NCBI GenBank assembly: GCA_003221005.1
Contig: QHTZ01000093.1
Span: 1 to 11,539, forward strand
Origin: Gemmatimonadota bacterium
Lineage (GTDB): Bacteria; Gemmatimonadota; Gemmatimonadetes; Gemmatimonadales; GWC2-71-9
Direction of reading: 5' to 3'
Length of the DNA stretch: 11,539 nt
Part shown: piece by piece, positions 6,824-11,539 of the stretch
Layout: every line of letters begins with the position of its first letter
Numbering within the stretch: position 1 is the first letter of the stretch
Made by a program: the position numbers and the translations under genes
The notes under the pieces: generated by a model
What the model was told of the DNA's origin: nothing
The model's input: the letters and a program-made list of their open reading frames with translations, nothing else
The model's database searches: none

Positions 6824-9415
6824 ATGCTGGAACTGCGGACGTTCGGCGGGCTTGCGATCAAGGAAAACGGCGTGCCTCTCTCCGGCGCGGCCGTGCAGCG
6901 CAAGACCCTCGCCCTCCTCGCCCTCCTGGCCGCCGCGGGCCGCAAGGGCGTGAGCCGCGACAAACTGGTGGCGTACCTCTGGCCCGAGCGCGATACCGAT
7001 CGTGCCCGCCACCTCCTCAAACAGGCGTGCTACGCCCTCCGTCACGACCTCGGCGAACCGGAACTCCTGCTCGGCGCGACCGAGCTCCGGCTGAACCCGG
7101 CGGTGATCTCGAGTGATGTGCAGGCGTTCCAGGAAGCGCTTGACGGGGGTGACCTCGCGGCCGCCATGCGAGTCTACGCGGGCCGCTTTCTCGACGGATT
7201 CTACGTGGATGGGGCGGGCGACTTCGAGCGCTGGGCGGAGGCGGAGCGTGCTCGGCTACTCGAGCGGGCCTGTGGGGCCCTCGAGTCGATGGCAGCGGAG
7301 GCCACCGCGCGTGGCGACGTGCGAGAGGCCGTGGGATGGTGGCGCCGCCTCTCTGAGCTCGATCCACTGAGCTCGCGCGCGGCGCTCGGCCTGATGACGG
7401 CCCTGGAAACCGCTGGCGAGCGCGCCAAGGCGATCGAGCACGGGCAGGCGCACGAGGCGTTCGTCCGAGCCGACCTCGGCGCCGAGCCCGCGTCTGAAGT
7501 CCTCGCGCTGATCGAAGGTCTACACAATGAGACCGCGAACAGAGGACGAGTGCCGCGGGTTGCGCCTCGGGCCACGCCCGGAGGCGAGGTCGTGGAGACG
7601 ACGAGCCGCACAGCGGTCACAGTCCCACCCGTGTTGCTGCGGCCGCTGCGCCGCGCCGATGTCCTCAGTCGCATTGCCTTCGCTGCGGTCGGCGTGTTGC
7701 TCGCCGGCGGCGTAGCCGGATACGCGCTCTGGCCGCACCAGCGGGCTGCCGGCGGGGCCGACGTCCCGGCCGACCGGAAGATACTCGCCGTGCTCCCATT
7801 CGAAAACCTCGGGTCACCGGACGAGGAGTACTTCGCAGACGGCCTCTCGGAGGCGATCATCACCCGGCTCGGGAGCATCGGCAGCCTGGGCGTGATCGCG
7901 CGGCAGAGCGCAATGCACTACAAGGGGACCACGAAGACCCCGAGACAGATCGGCCAAGAGCTCGGCGTGGGATACCTCCTTACGGGAACCGTGCGCTGGG
8001 ACCGGCGCGGCGGGGAGACGAGCCGTGTGCGGGTGACCCCGGCCCTCGTGCGCACTTCAGATGGTGCACAGCTCTGGTCAGCCCAGTTCGACACATCGCT
8101 CGCCGGGGTGTTTGTGGTTCAATCAAGCATCGCGGCCCAGGTGGCCGGCGCGCTCGACATCGCGCTCGACACGCCGGAGCAGCAGGCCCTCGAAGAGCAA
8201 GCAACCCAGGACCTGGCGGCGTACGACGCGTACCTTCGGGGTCACGAACTGCTCGAGCGAGGCTGGGATCCGGTCGAGTTGAAGGGCGCCGCGATCATGC
8301 TGCGACGAGCGGTGGCCCTCGATTCCAGCTTCCGTCGCGCCCTGGTCGAGCTGGTGAGGGCGGATCTGGATCTCTACATCAACTACACCGACCAGACGTC
8401 CGCACCACTGCGCGAGGCCAAGACGGCGCTGGATCGCTTGCTGCGTCTCGGGCCGGACCGCGCGGAGGCGCGCTGGGCCCTGGGAACCTACTATCTGCTC
8501 GGCGAGGATCACGACCCGCGTCGAGCGGCAGAGCAGTTCCTCCGGCTGGCACGCGCACAGCCCGGCGCCCCGCCACGAGGGCTGGCAGACGCGACTCGAC
8601 GCGCCGGGCGATGGGACGACGCAGTTGGGTACCACCACAGGGTCACGCGGCTGAACCCCCGATCGCCGCGCGACGTGGGGGCCGCGGGCGATACCTACCT
8701 CCAGCTGCGTCGCTTCCGCGAGGCGATCTCCGCGTTCGATCGCGTGCTCGAAGTCAACCCACAGTCCGCCGGCGTCGCCCTCGACAAGGCTCTCGCGTAC
8801 TTGGGCGAGACAGGCGACCTCGTTGGGACGCAGCGGCTCCTGCCGGACGTCTCGCTGAACATCGCGCCGACGGGTGTCGAGTTTCAGGTCGTCACGCTCG
8901 CGGACCTGGTCACCCTCCTGGACCCCGGCCAGCAGGCGACGCTTCTGCGGCTCACGCCGGCGACCCTTGACGGTGACACCGCCGGATGGGCGCTCGCCCG
9001 GGCGATGCTGTTTCGGCTGAGGGGCCAAGCCGCGCTGGCGCGCGCGTACTTCGACTCAGCGCGGAGCGTGCTCGAGGCACGCCTGACCCGGCATCCCGAC
9101 GCCTACGGCCGATTACGCTGCATGCTCGGGGTGGCCCTCGCCGGCCTCGGCCGCGCGAGCGACGCGATCCGCGAGGGCGACCGTGTGGTCCACATCATGC
9201 CCGTGTCGAAGGATGCCATGGAGGGGCCGCTGATGCTGGCCAACCTCGCGCGGATCTACGTGCTGCTGGGGGAGCGAGAAAAGGCCATCGATCAGTTGGA
9301 ACTCGTGCTCTCTCGACCCGGTCCGCTCTCGGCCAACTGGCTCAAGGCCGATCCGTTCTGGGATCCTGTGCGGACAAGCCCGCGGTTCCAGCAACTGGCT
9401 GCGGCGAGGAACTAG
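6824..9415 (+). CDS. Membrane-anchored SARP-family (wHTH + BTAD) regulator with TolB-N-like and TPR C-terminal region
   Basis: 863 aa. wHTH motifs LRTFGGL, LALLALL, SRDKLVAYLWPE. BTAD motifs SDVQAF, YAGRFLDGF, FERWAEAER, LDPLS. One TM helix IAFAAVGVLLAGGVAGYALW. Then LAVLPFENLG..EYFADGLSEAIITRL, TPRs, and the C-terminal DPFWDPVRTSPRFQQL motif. Confidence 0.9.
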   Translation: MLELRTFGGLAIKENGVPLSGAAVQRKTLALLALLAAAGRKGVSRDKLVAYLWPERDTDRARHLLKQACYALRHDLGEPELLLGATELRLNPAVISSDVQAFQEALDGGDLAAAMRVYAGRFLDGFYVDGAGDFERWAEAERARLLERACGALESMAAEATARGDVREAVGWWRRLSELDPLSSRAALGLMTALETAGERAKAIEHGQAHEAFVRADLGAEPASEVLALIEGLHNETANRGRVPRVAPRATPGGEVVETTSRTAVTVPPVLLRPLRRADVLSRIAFAAVGVLLAGGVAGYALWPHQRAAGGADVPADRKILAVLPFENLGSPDEEYFADGLSEAIITRLGSIGSLGVIARQSAMHYKGTTKTPRQIGQELGVGYLLTGTVRWDRRGGETSRVRVTPALVRTSDGAQLWSAQFDTSLAGVFVVQSSIAAQVAGALDIALDTPEQQALEEQATQDLAAYDAYLRGHELLERGWDPVELKGAAIMLRRAVALDSSFRRALVELVRADLDLYINYTDQTSAPLREAKTALDRLLRLGPDRAEARWALGTYYLLGEDHDPRRAAEQFLRLARAQPGAPPRGLADATRRAGRWDDAVGYHHRVTRLNPRSPRDVGAAGDTYLQLRRFREAISAFDRVLEVNPQSAGVALDKALAYLGETGDLVGTQRLLPDVSLNIAPTGVEFQVVTLADLVTLLDPGQQATLLRLTPATLDGDTAGWALARAMLFRLRGQAALARAYFDSARSVLEARLTRHPDAYGRLRCMLGVALAGLGRASDAIREGDRVVHIMPVSKDAMEGPLMLANLARIYVLLGEREKAIDQLELVLSRPGPLSANWLKADPFWDPVRTSPRFQQLAAARN

Positions 9416-9428
9416 TGGACTTCACGTT

Positions 9429-9436
9429 CTAGTCGC
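9429..9436 (+). repeat. CTAGTCGC direct repeat, right copy
   Basis: Identical to 4843-4850. Starts 13 nt after the regulator stop and abuts the displaced tRNA promoter. Confidence 0.45.
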
Positions 9437-9437
9437 C

Positions 9438-9503
9438 GGTTAGGGGTTGCACACCTCCCAGTGAATTGCGAGCTTCCGCACCTCGTGGAGAGGTGGCCGA
9501 GTG
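9438..9503 (+). repeat. Displaced tRNA-Ser 5' fragment plus upstream region (att-like site)
   Basis: GGAGAGGTGGCCGAGTG (9487-9503) is identical to tRNA bases 10899-10915. The upstream 49 nt are colinear with 10850-10898 (blocks GGGGTTGC, AGTGARTTGCGA, TTCYGC, CTCGT). Confidence 0.85.
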
Positions 9504-9544
9504 TTGGTAGACGCCATCGCTTGCTAGGTGGCGCCCCCTATCCT

Positions 9545-9739
9545 TCATAGAATCCCGCCGAGATGAAGAAGAAAGAATACCAGAGCTAGGAGTGCGGCCC
9601 CACTCCGCGCCGCGTGGAAGCGATTCCACCTTGCGAGCAGTGCGGCAGCCTTCGACGAACCCTCGTCCAGGTTCGGATCGGAGAGGCCGCGATTTGTGGG
9701 GAAGATGACGATGAGGGTAAACGGCACGACGCTCCCAAT
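9545..9739 (-). pseudogene. 5'-truncated DUF1772 (anthrone oxygenase-like) membrane protein fragment
   Basis: IGSVVPFTLIVIFPTNRGLSDPNLD...LLARWNRFHAARS resembles the DUF1772 C-terminal half (PFT..PTN..L..W...H..R). An in-frame stop lies just upstream (9761-9763) and the N-terminal helices are missing. Confidence 0.7.
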
Positions 9740-9973
9740 ACCACTAGACCTCTCCGAGTCTTATACTCCGAGGTCCGTTCGACCGAAAGGTCGTTCGCTG
9801 ACATCAATTGACGAGGGAGATCAGGATCGATCGTGCAGACAGTCCCCGCAACTCGTTCCGTGCGGAGTAAACATGCCGCCGGCCGCTGTCCGGCGCCACA
9901 CAGCGGTTATCCTAGGCACCGTCCTAACATCCGCCCCGCAGCCCCTGGATCACCTTTCGCCTCGGAGCCGAAC

Positions 9974-10438
9974 ATGTCATCGAATACGAACGTCGGGCTG
10001 TTGCACGGCCCGCGCTCTGCGCGCTGTACGCTTCCCATTCTCGTCGGCCTCCTTGCGCTCGCCGCCCCGCTCGTCGGTCAAGCGAGACGAGGCCACGTCT
10101 ATCACGTCAATTTCTATCAGGTCCGGCCCGGCGAGGAGAAGGCATACGATTCGGCGCTCGTCAGTGTCGTGACTCCGGTATTCGACGAGTTGGTGAAGCG
10201 CAAAGCGGTGGTGTCGTATCTGTTGCTCACCAAGACTGCCGGCTCCGGGGAGTACACGAATGTCGTCATTGTGGAGGTCGCAGCACCGTCGGCCGCGGAG
10301 GGCACTTTCCAACGGGAACTCGAGGCAGCCACGCAGTCGGTGTTCCACAAGTCTTGGAGCGACGCGACCGTGCGGTTCTCCGAGCTGCGCCGATTCATGC
10401 ACGCCGAGCAGTACACGGCGGCTGGCCAACGGCCCTAG
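9974..10438 (+). CDS. Hypothetical exported protein, possible dimeric alpha+beta barrel (NIPSNAP-like) fold
   Basis: ATG 9974 with GGAG at 9964-9967 is preferred over 9833. 154 aa, signal-like LPILVGLLALAAPLVG, and YHVNFYQVRPGEEKAY resembling that fold's N-terminus. Confidence 0.7.
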   Translation: MSSNTNVGLLHGPRSARCTLPILVGLLALAAPLVGQARRGHVYHVNFYQVRPGEEKAYDSALVSVVTPVFDELVKRKAVVSYLLLTKTAGSGEYTNVVIVEVAAPSAAEGTFQRELEAATQSVFHKSWSDATVRFSELRRFMHAEQYTAAGQRP

Positions 10439-10553
10439 CGGCGGCATAACACGCGTGTGATGACCTGGCGCCTCGCGGGCCGGCTGTCGGACATGCTGCG
10501 CGGTTACGTCTACTGCAACGGCGCGGGTGAGCCGCCCCGAACACACGCTGGAT

Positions 10554-10788
10554 GTCCACACGGCATACCTTCGGCGTGCATTGCGCGCAGGCAGGCATTC
10601 CGATCGTCCGCATCCAGCGGCTGCTTGGGCACTCGACCCCCGTGATGGCATTGCGCTACATGAAGCACGTGCCGGAGAATTATTTCGCGGCAGACGCGGC
10701 GCGCGTGGCTGCGAGTCTGTCGGGCATCGCCGATCGAGAAGCGAGCGCTCAGGCAGAGCCTACCCGGCAGGGGCTCAAGACAAGCTAG
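10554..10788 (+). pseudogene. Tyrosine recombinase/integrase C-terminal relic
   Basis: RHTFGVHCAQAGIPIVRIQRLLGHSTPVMALRY matches box II (RH...LLGH...Y). The His of HxxR appears out of frame (GTC CAC A CGG CAT), and the whole N-terminal part is absent. Confidence 0.88.
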
Positions 10789-10799
10789 CGGACACGGTG

Positions 10800-10820
10800 T
10801 GCCACCATTCTTGCCACCAG
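10800..10820 (+). repeat. TGCCACCA-N4-TGCCACCA motif, copy 2 (putative integrase arm-type site)
   Basis: TGCCACCATTCTTGCCACCAG, 11 nt after the integrase stop and 78 nt before the tRNA. Confidence 0.75.
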
Positions 10821-10858
10821 TCGACTCGGCGCCCGCATGTTGAGCAGTTGGTAGGGGG

Positions 10859-10887
10859 TTGCGTAAGCCTAAGTGAGTTGCGACGTT
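10859..10887 (+). promoter_or_regulatory. Putative sigma70-type promoter for tRNA-Ser/gltX
   Basis: TTGCGT-17 bp-GACGTT with TGn extension. The same geometry occurs at 9447-9475 (TTGCAC-17-GAGCTT, TGn). Confidence 0.5.
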
Positions 10888-10898
10888 CTGCTCTCGTG

Positions 10899-10989
10899 GG
10901 AGAGGTGGCCGAGTGGCTGAAGGCGGCGGTTTGCTAAACCGTTATAGGGGCTAATACCCCTATCGGGGGTTCGAATCCCCCCCTCTCCG
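10899..10989 (+). tRNA. tRNA-Ser(GCT)
   Basis: Acceptor GGAGAGG/CCTCTCC plus G discriminator. D-arm GCCGAGTGGCTGAAGGC, anticodon arm GCGGT-TTGCTAA-ACCGT, long variable arm ATAGGGG..CCCCTAT, T-arm GGGGG-TTCGAAT-CCCCC. CCA is not encoded. Confidence 0.98.
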
Positions 10990-11000
10990 TACCTCACCCC

Positions 11001-11539
11001 ATGTCCATCCGCGTCCGCTTCGCTCCGTCCCCCACAGGCTATCTCCACGTCGGCGGCGCCCGCACCGCCCTCTTCAACTGGCTGTACGCGCGCCACGAGG
11101 GCGGCAAGTTCCTGCTGCGGATCGAGGACACGGACAAAGAACGCTCGTCCGAGGAGCACACCCGCGTGATCCTCGACGGCCTCACCTGGCTGGGCCTCGA
11201 CTGGGACGAGGCGCTCGTGTTCCAGGGGGCCCGCATCAAGCGCCACCAAGAGACAGCCGACAAGCTGCTCGCCGAGGGAAAGGCCTACCTGGACGATGGA
11301 GCGATCCGGCTCACCGTCCCGCCCGGAGAGATCGCGTGGGACGACGCGGTCCACGGTCGGATCTCGTTCCAGGGCGCCGACATCAAGGACTTCGTGATCC
11401 TCCGGTCCGACCGCACGCCGCTGTACAACCTCGCGGTGGTCGTGGACGATCTCGACATGCAGATCACGCATGTGCTGCGCGGCGACGACCACATCTCGAA
11501 CACGCCCAAGCAGATCGCGCTGTACCGCGCGCTCGGGGG
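11001..11539 (+). CDS. gltX: Glutamate--tRNA ligase (5' part, runs off the window)
   Basis: [81 protein letters not shown], with HIGH-type motif HVGG. Not in the ORF track because there is no stop in the window. Confidence 0.96.
   Translation, partial: MSIRVRFAPSPTGYLHVGGARTALFNWLYARHEGGKFLLRIEDTDKERSSEEHTRVILDGLTWLGLDWDEALVFQGARIKRHQETADKLLAEGKAYLDDGAIRLTVPPGEIAWDDAVHGRISFQGADIKDFVILRSDRTPLYNLAVVVDDLDMQITHVLRGDDHISNTPKQIALYRALG

Larger units (their letters stand above)
9487..10915. mobile_element. Decayed tyrosine-integrase element integrated at the 5' end of tRNA-Ser(GCT)
   Basis: 17-bp direct repeats 1412 bp apart, an integrase relic next to the tRNA-side repeat, an arm-like repeat, and a truncated cargo gene. 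Confidence 0.75.

Noticed and set aside
10869-11492. 207-aa minus-strand ORF
   Set aside because: Antisense to the tRNA and gltX.

Overview
GC-rich bacterial DNA; the gene style suggests Gemmatimonadota (inference only). The right end is core genome: tRNA-Ser(GCT) at 10899-10989, followed 11 nt later by gltX (5' part only). Everything upstream looks like a layered accessory island built at the 5' end of the tRNA. A displaced copy of the tRNA's first 17 nt plus its putative promoter sits at 9438-9503. Between the two copies is a 1.4-kb decayed element: a tyrosine-integrase C-terminal relic, a DUF1772-like fragment and one small exported-protein gene. A TGCCACCA-N4-TGCCACCA motif occurs twice (4804 and 10800). 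An older element end appears split by a 4.6-kb module bounded by an 8-bp direct repeat. That module holds a membrane-anchored SARP/BTAD-TPR regulator divergent from two lipoprotein genes, with a SARP-type heptamer box between them. The left part encodes a probable outer-membrane beta-barrel and a 1159-aa multi-pass membrane/TPR protein. All family calls are by eye; no database search was run.
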